NCBI GenBank assembly: GCA_030704615.1
Contig: CM060731.1
Location: 65,224,001-65,288,000 of the forward strand
Direction of reading: 5' to 3'
DNA from: Takakia lepidozioides
Taxonomy: Eukaryota > Plantae > Bryophyta
Length of the DNA: 64,000 nucleotides
This document shows positions 24,355-35,516 of the stretch, in pieces (within the stretch, counting starts at the first letter, position 1; every line of letters begins with the position of its first letter). Both the position numbers and the translations under genes were made by a program. Under the pieces are notes generated by a model that worked only from the letters and a program-made list of their open reading frames with translations, had not been told where the DNA came from and searched no databases.

Positions 24355-27300
24355 CTACCCATGTGTTGTATCCCGCTGCAAAAGAGTATCGACCTCGTTG
24401 AAACTCATAGTGGCCTGGTGAATGAAGTTGTCACGTTTGGGATCGCAAACCATCCTCCTCAAAAATATGAAATACAAATGTTTGCAGGGTATGAATTTAC
24501 CTCTCTTGCCCAAACTGGTTGATAGCATATTCACAAAATCAGGACATGTGCAATTGGGGAAATTGGAAACCGTGATGTCGTAGGTCCTGTCATGAACAGC
24601 AGATGTGGAAGTGATGATTGTGAATACCCGACCATATCCTGGATCGAGTACTTCCGTGGTGCTTCCGACACGAGCTTGGAGCATTCTTGCGGACTCCACT
24701 TTGCCAAAGTGTTCAGCGGTTGGAGGGAAACGCCGAACGAGCTTTCCATCTCGTTTGGTTGGCCACAAGTCAGGATTTGCCGGGGGGACCCGGGAGGACG
24801 CAGGAGTAGTAGCACATGCATGGAGTTGGGGTTGTCTCGCAAGGGAAAAACCTGCCTCCTCCAGCATTTCAATCTCCTGAAAGCTGAGATGTGTTCCCAC
24901 CTTCACGGGCCAAACGGTTGGAGGAGATGGCTTCATCACTACGGAAGGACGCACAGTTCCATGCACACATCTGGCACAATCATCTGCGCAGAACCAGAAC
25001 TTGTGGTTCTTGGCTTCTGGTTGACCGTATGGACGCATCAAGCCCGTGAAAGTCGGAGCAGGAGTTCGGGCACCACCTCTGGATATAGATGAAGTGCACT
25101 TCTCGAAATTAGTTGCCCTGATCGCTGTACATTTCACACGAGACCCGACACTTGTGCGTTCTATGTGCCAAACGTGGTCGGGGCATGCGGACTCAAGCAC
25201 ATCAAGGGGGTTGTTTCTCTCCTGCACCATTTCAGTGGCACGGTTTGATGCTGGAGCTTGCCGTCGTGTTGGAGGTTCCTCCACAATGGAGGTTCCGGAC
25301 ACGGAGCTGTCATGCAGGGGAACACGAGGCTTCGAGAAGTTATCACGGTCTGCCCTGTGGGAATCTGAATCCGAACCAGGTGGAGTGTTCAATTTCCTCT
25401 TACAGGAGCCGAATCTCTCCTCCCCTTCAAGATGTGGAACTCTAGAAACAAGTGGCGTTCCCTGGGCATACATGCTCACCGCCCGTGCTATCTTGATTGG
25501 ATCCCCAGATCTGTTTGCAGCACGCAACATCAACTCCGATTTGTCCGGACCCTTGCCACCAACCCCACCTCGTAAGAAATCACGGTATCGGGTTTGTTGT
25601 TGCAAGGCACGTATCAAATCATCTGTTGTTGCCACATACAAATCCCGACCTCGTTTCCCAGACTGCTGCAACCATGCATTGTGCACAGTTTCTGCCAAAT
25701 TGCAAGATGGCATGTCTGCCATTTCCTCAATGGACATGTTCTGCAAAGAGGATAACCACACTTCAGAATAGTGCACAGGAAACAACATAAAGAAAGCAAT
25801 GAGTCAAAAATATGGAAAGCAAATGTATGAATAAAGCATGAAATAGAAGCCTCGTACCATTGTCATGGCTGCTCCCCACTGTCTATACCGGAAGTGCCAA
25901 AACGCCAGCCAATCTTCCAATGCTCTCATACTCTCAAGTGATGCAGCTCCAGAAGAGAACCACCAGGCACGAATTGTCTGGAACAAAGTGTCCGCCTCCT
26001 TCATTGTTCTAGCATCTTTGTACTCTTTGCACAATTTACGGTGCTGAGTCTGCATCTCTGGTTTGATGTCCGACTTTGTATGTTTTTCCAGAGATTGTGT
26101 CCAATGGAATAGACATGTACGCTCTCTTCCTGGCATAGGCACTTTTGGGTCGCCCGATCCGAAGACAATACGAATAGCATTGAAATTTGCTTGAGCACTA
26201 TCCGCCATGAAACCTGCGAAATTTGGAGATGGCAGCCCATGGCAGCCCATGACACGTATCAGGGAATTCCACATGAGCTTCTGGGATTCCGTATCCTCGG
26301 ATTGCATGTCACAAACTGCAATTGTCATAACTCGTTGGTACACTGGATCGTAGACATGACAAGCCATTGTCGTCCAATCCTTCACTCGTTTCACATGATC
26401 AAACATAAGAAAACAGTTCTGCAAGTCCCCAGTCTTCTGCATCCGCTTCACGAGGCTAACCCCACTGCCCTCCCCAACAGTCGACATTTTGAAAAGAAAA
26501 ACTTTGATGGCACCTTGACCTGGGAATACATTGTCCTGGATGTAATCGTACTTGCTCAGTCGTTTCAATTCCAAAATATTGTCTATGTAGCCTCTGATCC
26601 CAGAGCCCATTCTCAATGCATTGATCTGATGCCGAATGTTAGGTGAACTTAAAGTGGAGAAATGATCCATGACCAGGTCCAATGCTGCACCGTCAAGTTT
26701 AGTCCCCACAGAATCTCCTTCACTCAAAATATGGCTTTCCAAGAAGGACTTGCTTGCGCCAAGAGCAATTGCAGATGTTGTTGCGGATGGGTTTCTCCCG
26801 AACTCCTGTTTGATCAACCTCGATACTGTCTCAACACTCTCCCTGTAATCCCCCTTCGAGACAGGATGGTTATGGAATCCAAAATGCACACAAGCTCTCG
26901 TCATTGTATTCAAACGGTGGACAACATAGTACATTCTTGCTCCGCAGAGCGCCAAGCAGGATGGCACAAGTTTGCAGAATTTGCAGACGAAAGTGTTTGC
27001 CGGTGGAGGGGCAGTCCCAGGCTGAAATGGATTCTCCGCCAGACCCTCCCATTCGCTTTGATTATGAACTCCAGACTGAAGAAAGTGTCTGCAATTCAAA
27101 TTATCACACCTAAGGTGTCCATTGCAAACTGTCCTCCTGAAAACAAGCTTGTCATCATTCTGAATATTGGATGTTTTTGTTCTGCACCACGGGTGCCCGT
27201 CGTGTTTCTTGTCCATTCCATGCATCATGATTGTTACACCTCCAACTCGCGGAGGAGGAGGCAGCTCGAATAGGATATCGCCATCAAAAGTCTCCGGCAA

Positions 27301-27870
27301 GAACTTCACAGGCACCTGCTTCAAAGATTCCCAATCAATTCCCCGCAACTCACTTTTGAATCCAGCCATTCCTCCCATCGCCCGCAATTTTGGAATGACA
27401 CTACAAATCTCTTCTTCATCAGCTTCTGCAACCACAGTAGGAAGGACTGGATTTGGAATTTCACTTATGTCATCATCGGAAGAATCCGAAAGCTCAACGA
27501 TTGGAGTGGAGGAAGTCTGTTCTTTTTTCACCACCACCTCCCTCTTGTCTTCAACGACCGAAGCAGCAGTCCCGGGCGTCACATATGACCCAAGGGACTT
27601 TCGCCGAGGCTCTCCAAGTACTCTGTATCGACCAGGACGCACTCTCCACTGGCTGATATGAGCCGTCTCATCACGGTTTTGGAAAGAATATTTCACCAAC
27701 TTCCCTTTCAGATCGTAAACCTCTTTCTCCAAAAAGATGGAGCCATTCTGCAGCTGAAAACGGGTAGCCAAGACATGTTCCAGAACAATTGCAAATCCAT
27801 TGTCAAGGACTTCCTGGGAGAACGGCACTGGTTTGTCGTCTGAGAAGAACTCCGCTTCAGAGGAAGCCAT
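24355..27870 (-). CDS. Element B transposase, two exons (27870-25858, 25740-24355), ~1132 aa, apparently intact
   Basis: GCM-like zinc region (DGHPWC...CNGHLRC...C..C...HNHP); DDE candidates FDHVKR / FMADSA / NLAETVH; MULE CxxH motif CLFH; SWIM CTCPDF...CKH; GT-AG intron. Confidence 0.88.
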
Positions 27871-28725
27871 CTTCCTTCCTCGAGTATGTTTGTACCTTGC
27901 TATCGCAGATCTAGTGTAAATCGGTTTACTGCTGTCTCCAGAACACAGTTGAAGAATGAGCAGAGCATATGGCGGAGGAAGCTCAGATAACGACTGTGCA
28001 TATTCTGTTATTCATTCCAGATATGCAGCCGTCCATTTTAATTACTTTTCTTGTGGGCCCAGTGGTCAGAGAATCCATAGGGGCAGTGTCGGCAACTGTT
28101 AAACCGTTAATCAGAACCTCATCAATAAACCCAATAACAAAGCCGACTTCCTGGAAGCATGCCACAGGATCCGAGAATGGGATTGCAGATTAAGTAAATG
28201 TATCTATATACTACTACCAATGATCATGCGCACCTGGAAAGTTCCAAATGTGCAACGAATGTGGGGTTTGGATAACAAGGATGACCGTGTATGATATTCC
28301 AAAATTTGTCATCAAACTCTCGTTCATTTATATTTATTTGTTTAAGACTGCGCAACAATTTCTGGGATTCGCTGTTCTTTTTAAATATTGAACCAGTTAT
28401 AATTTAGAACACGCCGTTTTGTTTTGGGCGGCACACGTCAGACATCCATAACTGAATACGAACAGCTGTACACCAATTGCTGGCATGTGCACTAATAACG
28501 AAACGACTATGTGTAACGGTCACGCGGGAGGGAATCCGATGCTTCTAGAGACACGCAAGAACACAGGCAATCCCGCAAGAAATCGGGAGTCACTGCGTTT
28601 TTCTACTTTTCGCGCTTAGAGGGAGAGTGGTAGTCAAGCTGGAGAGGGTTCCTTCTAGAATACGAAAGAGAAGAAAGTCTCTTTATTTTACTTCCCTTAG
28701 AGAGAGACGCAGAGCAAGAGAGAAA

Positions 28726-31700
28726 ATGACGAGGCGTCGTTTGTTGGAGAACACAGGGCCAAGGCAGCAGGTGAACGCGGAGACTGATTCACAAGAGCAG
28801 ACGGAGACTGAGGCAGCGGCTGCGACACAGTCGGCGATAAGAGTGCGCCAGCCTGTGGAGGCAGAGATGAATCGCAGGGACACTGAAGAAGGTGGAAGCA
28901 CGCGGAACGCCGAACCTGAAGAAGGTCAAGAAACCCTTGCGCAGACAGAAACTCCAGCAGATGTGAGAGGGAAGAAGGAAAGCTGCAGAAGGGGATCAAA
29001 TTTCAAAACCTAAGAAGGTGCCAGTAAGTTTTATCATATAGTCTGTGTGATTGCCTTTCAAGGAGTCCTTCCTCTTCCATTCTTTAGCAGGAACTACTGA
29101 ATCGCGAGCGTCGTTAACGCCATTCGATTCTGCTCATGAGATTTATGTACCTATGTGTTTGAAGAGAGAGTCTGCACTTACTATTCTCCCTAAACTACAC
29201 TGAATGTCGTTGCCGTCAATTCAGTTGCACATATATGTCATTACAGAACACCGATCCGGCAGGTTGTTATCTTTTGTGATTGTCGTTAACGCCGTTCGCT
29301 ATCGCTCTCACTTTTGTTTTGAATACGGCAGTCTCGGCTTTGCATGTGTAGATTGTGCTGAATTCTTTCACACCATTCATGGTGAGTTTCCTTGATACAG
29401 AGTGATTGTCGTTACCGCCATTCACTATTTGCAAATCACTTAGTCAGAACTGAATGGCATCGTGCAGAAAACTGTGAGGTCGAAGCCTACAGGATCAGAG
29501 GGGAAAGGATCTGGAGATGGGGACGAGTCCGCAAAAAGCTCAGAGAATACAGATGAAGCAGATGAATCCGAAGTGCACTACCTTGACAAGGTGAAAGAAC
29601 TCATGTCATTCCAGAAGGTAAACTCTCAGGAGGTTATAAGGGACATGCTCGTATCTGGAGGGCGTCTGGACATACCTCTGTGCCGGATGATATCAATGCC
29701 TGTTGTGCGTCCACCTCTTTCCCATGACATAACAAAATTGGAGAGTGATTTTGTGCATGGATATAGACTTGGTGCACAAGTTTTTTATGTGTCACTGACG
29801 GATATAAATGGGAAAAGCACATTAGTTTCTCCAGAGATCAGTGATAACTGGGATGAGTGCTGGAAAGATGCCAATGAGGAGTTCGAGCTGGGCCTCATGA
29901 TGGGAAAGAACACCCAGCAATTTTGCAACCACATGTTCTACGTCTGGGACGGCAACCACCGATTGCTGGCATGGATGGGATACATTCAGAAACACCATTC
30001 GAAAGACAAAGACAAGCATGTTGCTGTGGAGGCAATGGTTTTGGATCCAGGAAACGACATCGCTAGGCTTCTTACAGCTATGCACGACGTGAACAAGTAA
30101 GTCATCCAGGAGATTTGATTCCCTCTGTAGTGTCTTGTTGATCCTCAAAAAACAGTGTTAAGGAATGCAATGTTTTCAATGTTTTTGCAGATCGACAGAG
30201 AAATCGCATGTGACAACAAGCTTGGTTCACACACTATTCCGAATTCAGAGGATTGGTCTGATGAAGCTGGATGATTTTCGGACAGTACTACCACCCAATA
30301 TCATCAAGAAGTGCGAAACAGGAAGAGCTGCAGGCACTTGGTATTCTTTGACACGAGAGGCGTTTCTGGAGTACATGTATGCGGTAAGCCCGAGTCTGTA
30401 ATCTGTTTACTTTTCGAATACATGTTTAGAGTCCCTTCGGAGCTAATTACTACTTGAATGAATGCAGCAAGAACTGGCAGAGGCAGCTGAGAAGGGAAAA
30501 TCCGAATATTACCGCACTACACCAGAGGAACTAAGGACATCAAAGGGTGTGGAAGCTGCAATAAAGAAGGAGTTTGAGATGCGAAGAACCAAATTGATGT
30601 CAGCCTTCGGAAAGCAGCTTAGAATAGTAGATCCTGGACTTGGTCCTGAGTTCCTTCAGCAGATCAAAACACACTATGACAAGCATGTGCATCCGGAGAT
30701 GCAGCAGGAGAAATTGCACCGGCTGGCCATATCGATGGTCGACCCACAAACAAAAATAAGGTGGCTGGAGATATGGAACTCAGATCAAACAGTAAAGGAC
30801 TTGAATCAGTTCCCAAAGAGCACCATACAGCCTGGCACAAAGGTGGAAGGAATCAGTGATTTGGTGTTTGATAACTGGCTCCACAAGGCTACATTTTGGA
30901 GTCAGGTGTGTATTCGAACATGCTGTTTCTTCTCTTCAAGTATGTGATGTGTTTTTTTTTTGCAATTCTGACAAATATACTATTTGCAGCTCGAAAAGCG
31001 CGCCGTCATTGTGCTGGATCAGACTTTGAAGGACCTGAACATTACGATTGTTTCCCCTCCCCAAATGTCATTGGAGGCATACATAAGGAAGTGGAGAGGT
31101 CTCACCTGGAGATACTGTTTTTTCCGGGAGTTCTCCAAAGATGGTAACATTTTACGGTCCAACGACTTTGACAGTCAGGTTGGAGGAGAGTGGGCCATGA
31201 TGCGAGTTGTGTACAGGTGCAATGTCATACTTGAAACTCTACTGTTTTTTTGGGAAAAGTTGTGGCTTCATATGGATTGCAATCTTAGATCCAGATTGAA
31301 TGTCGTTGACGACATTCACTTCTTTGTCTGAGTCATTCTTAAGCGAGTATATGAATTCACCTGGTTAGGATCTAAGGGTGCAATTATATTGTCCCTGATT
31401 AGAATTGATAATGTCCTTGAATGGCGTTGACGACATTCACATACGGAGTTGTTGTGTGGTCCTCAAGGTTATTTAAATTTTTGTTATGTCCATAGAGGTT
31501 ACAATGAGGGTTGATCACTTCATTTTGCTGAATGTCAATGCAGACATTCAGTTGTTCTGCATTGTTTTTTCCTCTTGCGATGAAATGGAGGCTTGATAAG
31601 CTCTGTTTTAAGAAATCCAAAGTGAATGTCGTTGACGACATTCACAGCTGTGTCTGTATTATTCAAAAGTGACAAATTCAATTTTCATGGATTGGGGAGC

Positions 31701-34024
31701 TAAGTAATTGGTTTCTTTTTTGTATTTTTGTGAATGGCGTTGACGCCATTCACATACAGTGATGTTGTGAGGTCCTCAGTGATAGGTTCGTTATGAATGT
31801 GCATTGAGTTTTCCTGGATGGTTCCTTACTCAATTTTTTATTTCCATCCTGTGATTTTGCTTCATTTCAGTAATAATTTGGCTTCATTCTTGAATGTCGT
31901 TGACGACATTCACTTCTATGTCTGTGTCATTTCTAATCGATTATTTGCATTCACCTGGATTAGGATGTATTTACAGTGTCATGGAATGGAATGTTCTGAA
32001 TGGCGTTGACGACATTCATATCTGGAGCAGTAGTGTGGTCCTGAAAGGTCCTTGGAGCAGTTGTCAGAGCCATTTCAATCCATGTTTTATTCTTTCTGTT
32101 CTACTTGCATCTTACTCACTGAGCGCTTTTGTGGGTTGGGATTCATCTCCTTTTTTCAGGTACACGAAATATGTGCTTATGGAAGGAAATCACCTGAGCG
32201 GAATTCCCGACTATCTTGACATGTGGTCGGACCCTGCAAACGATCCAACCATGTATACTGCAGGGATATTGAAGGACTGGAGTCCTTCTCACTTCAGAGA
32301 CTGTGGGTGGTACCTTGACTGCCCACCTGAGCACACGACCTTTCAAGAACAGCATATGAAATACTTGAACAATAACGCTGAGATGCTGGCGCCTTTGACT
32401 GACGAAGAGTATCAACGAAACATAGCAACCTTGGCTGCCAAGGAGCCTGATGCTCAGGGAACGCCGCAGAAGGGAAAGAAGGCGGGCCGCAAACCAAAAG
32501 ACAAGGCTGTTGATGTCATAGCCATCTCACCAGCAAAGCCAAAGGACAAAGACAAGTCCAAAGAGAAGGAAAAGGACAAGGGGAAGGAGAATGAAAAGGA
32601 GATGGAGAGTGGGCAGGACTTTAGTGCTGGAAGATATACCCGCACTCTTCAGTGTGTGTTCGATGCCAAGCCACACCCTTCCCGTTCTGATTCAGCAGGA
32701 GAGATGAAAATTGTTAATGAGGGTTGGCTTTCGATGATGCAGAGTCGAAAGAGAGGATACACTGGGGTGCCATCCCCTACCTGGGACAATATAATCTCAT
32801 TCCTCAATCTGGTGAGAATTCCAGTTTCTTTCCTTTTTCTCTGAATGTTTCGTTGGCAGTATTTCAGTCTCGTTCTTTGAAAACATTCTTGCCATCGTTC
32901 TTATAAAAAACATGTCTGTTGCAGGTGAGCACAGGTCCCACCTTCGTGTGCGGTGTGCAGAAAACTTATGCGGCCGACATTGTCATTCTCGACATCCCGG
33001 ATGGCCAGGCTGTGCCAGAAGTTCTTCCAAAGGGCAAGACGCCAGGGTGGAACAAATTCGAGGACAACTACTGGAGTTGGGTATTCGGGTTCTGTAACAA
33101 TTTCCTCTCTGATGCAGGGACACTTCTGCTTTTTCAGTCATGTGACAATGATAGTCGTCGGGCATTGGCATCATACCTCAAGTCTTCAGGGTTTGAAGTT
33201 TTGCGCACATGGAATTGTGTGAACAGCCTCTACCTTGTGAAAGGGGGTTTCCCTGGTCAGCTGGTATGCCGTCTGCCTTCTGCTTATGCTTTGATCATGA
33301 GTTTCAATTTTCTCTGCAGCTCCACTCTAGTAGAATGTTTTATGATCGACACCGATCATCAACGATTCATGGTTTTTTGGTGTCAGAGTTCTGAATAGCC
33401 GATGTACACACTTCCACTTTAGATTGTGTTTACCACACTAACCTGCTATCTTTGGCAGACGAGGATGTTCGAGGCGATCTGCCTGCGGAGGATTCGCACA
33501 TCAAAGACACCATCCTCCATCCGCAGCTTTGAGATTTCTGACCAGGGTTGTTTCGTCAACCCCCCCTATGAGCCCCATGTCGATGACATTTTGTACAACT
33601 TCATGCAGTCCAGTCAGACTCTGAAGAGACCAGATGGCACTCCCTGGAGAGGTGCAAAGGAAAAGTCACCAGCATTCATGCAAATACTGCTGGAGTCATG
33701 CAGCCACCGCTCTGCACGGGTGGTCGATCTTTCTGTGTCCACAGGTTCGTTTTCTCCCTTCCGAATTGGTTTCCTTTCAACAGTTTCATCTGCTTAAATC
33801 CCCTCCTCCAAACTGTTTATGTTCTTCTGTCTGGTGCAGGAGCAACTTACCACGCATGCAAGGCAGGCGGAAGAAGCCTTTTTGGCATGGAGGGTGATTC
33901 TGACCTCTACAACACCGTGCTCCTCCCCCTTTGTCTGGCTCCACTTCAGGCACACAGACTGATCGGATTCAAATTCGAAATGATGACGATCCCGAAGATA
34001 AGCAGGTCGACAACGACTTTTCAT
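28726..34024 (+). CDS. Element B multi-exon gene: ParB/Srx-like domain, helical middle region, K/E-rich linker, beta-class N4C/N6A DNA methyltransferase-like domain
   Basis: Predicted GT-AG exons: ~28726-29023, 29468-30096, 30191-30383, 30468-30905, 30990-31216, 32160-32811, 32925-33263, 33459-33744, 33840-34024, possibly more. Motifs: VWDGNHRLLA; DIVILDIPDG; KEKSPAFMQILLE...VVDLSVSTGATYHAC...GRSLFGMEGD. Possible 1-nt frameshifts near 28970 and ~33940. Confidence 0.8.
29101..29424. repeat. Four degenerate copies of the element B palindrome in intron 1
   Basis: TGAWTGTCGTT..CGCCATTC-like copies at ~29105, 29201, 29277 and 29403. Confidence 0.75.
31297..32018. repeat. Six 22-bp palindromes TGAATGKCGTTGACGMCATTCA in intron 5 of the element B gene
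   Basis: Copies at 31297, 31418, 31623, 31731, 31891 and 31997, arranged as three diverged doublets. Confidence 0.95.
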
Positions 34025-35067
34025 GTGAGTAAGTGCTAAACCCTCTTTGGGAGTCATACTCAATTTCTCGATAACATCAAAGTTACAGTAATAACTTTTT
34101 CAGGCTGTCTTTCAGGAAAGCCAGCGGTGGATCTTCAGGAGATACAGTCATTTCTGGCGAGTCTGTTTTCGACAGCCCCCTTTCCAATTTTCTGCTCCCT
34201 GTTTATGCCGAAGCAATGGCACTTCACGCGTCCGAGTCCCTATCCCCTGACTTTTTAGTGGCCAGCCGTAGGTGTATCCAGCGTGGATCCGGTGTTCTAA
34301 AATACTTAGACTTAGATGCAGAGGAAGAGGGGATACATTGTACTGACTCTGAGTCAGACTGAACTGTATTCTTTTAATATTCATTTTCATATTATCTGGA
34401 AAACGTTGAATCCCCTTACTCTACCGTAGTTGTTCCTTTACAACAAATAATAATCACAGAATCAACTTTCGTTTAAATTGCTATATGTATGAATCCATCT
34501 CACAAACCTTCCTGACTCTTCTCATATCCATTGTGCATTCATCTACACTGTATTCATGCGTGCTCCATTCATGAAAGCTTCCTTTGTACAACATCCATTG
34601 TACATTCATCCTCTGTACTCTTTAATCCACCCCACAAACCTTCCACACTCATTTCATATACTTTGTGCATTCGTCAAAAGATTTGGTCATGCATCTTCCT
34701 GTCATGAATTTTTGTCATTGCTCAACATCCATTATACATTCATCCATTTTACTCTTATCCATCCGTCATTCATCCATCTACATAGATTTTTCAAACTCAT
34801 CCATCTGTTTATCATCCAACTGTACATTCATCCATCATTTATTCAATGCCTTTTATTATGTCGTCCAGCTTGTTTCCGCGGTAAAGGGTGCCAATCCGCG
34901 GGAATACACTCCACTTCTTTCTGGGTGCGTGGTGACTCGGCCTCCACGTGTGATGACGTGGACTGAGCCCCGTGACGTGGCATTTGCGCAAGGTGACGTG
35001 GCGTGAGCGCAATCGCGCTCACGCGCTCACGCGTTCACGTGACCAGGCTCACACCGAGGCATCCCTG

Positions 35068-35516
35068 GTCTTCAGATAGGCTTCAAACTCGGCATTAACA
35101 GTGTGCAAGTGGGGGCCCCAATTCTGAAGCTCCTCTGCAGTGGGGCCCCTTGTGACACCCTGGTCATTCTCAATGGAAACGTAGAATGCTGCCGACCCCC
35201 GTCTGTACCCTTCTCTGAAGTTGTGCTTCAGTCGATCGATATCCCCTGGCGGTGCTTGCCTTACAACTGGAAGGCTTACCATGCGACACAAAGGAACTTT
35301 GAGGTTCTCCGGATACACCATGGAGCCCAAAACGCGGCCTATGTTGCTATGAGTCTCTGCCAGCAACCTGTTTGCTGCTATGTTCATGTCTCGTGCGCTC
35401 ATGAGCATACCCGCCACCAGTTTCTTACTTCTATCACCTCTGTCACTTCCCTCACCCCTCTCACCAGCCTGTCTACTGTCCTGGAGGTTTTGCTCCTCCG
35501 CAAGCTGGCGGTGAAA
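35068..35516 (-). pseudogene. Element A ParB-domain exon, 5' half (inverted segment)
   Basis: KVPLCRMVSLPVVR...EGYRRGSAAFYVS matches DIPLCRMISMPVVR...HGYRLGAQVFYVS in element B. Confidence 0.88.

Larger units (their letters stand above)
23706..35067. mobile_element. Inner Mutator-like element B, 11,362 bp, with 9-bp TSD
   Basis: TSD GTCTTCAGA at 23697-23705 and 35068-35076; imperfect TIRs (CAACGACGCAATGGCGTGAGC vs CAGGGATGCCTCGGTGTGAGC); removal restores the host frame EFEAYLKT-NPTFAHMEG. Confidence 0.95.

Noticed and set aside
31297-32018. CRISPR array interpretation of the palindromic repeats
   Set aside because: Spacers are ~85-185 bp, unequal and related to each other; the array is in a spliceosomal intron; no cas genes.
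28726-34024. Bacterial contamination as source of the ParB-MTase gene
   Set aside because: The gene has many GT-AG introns shared between paralogues and lies inside a TSD-flanked eukaryotic transposon.
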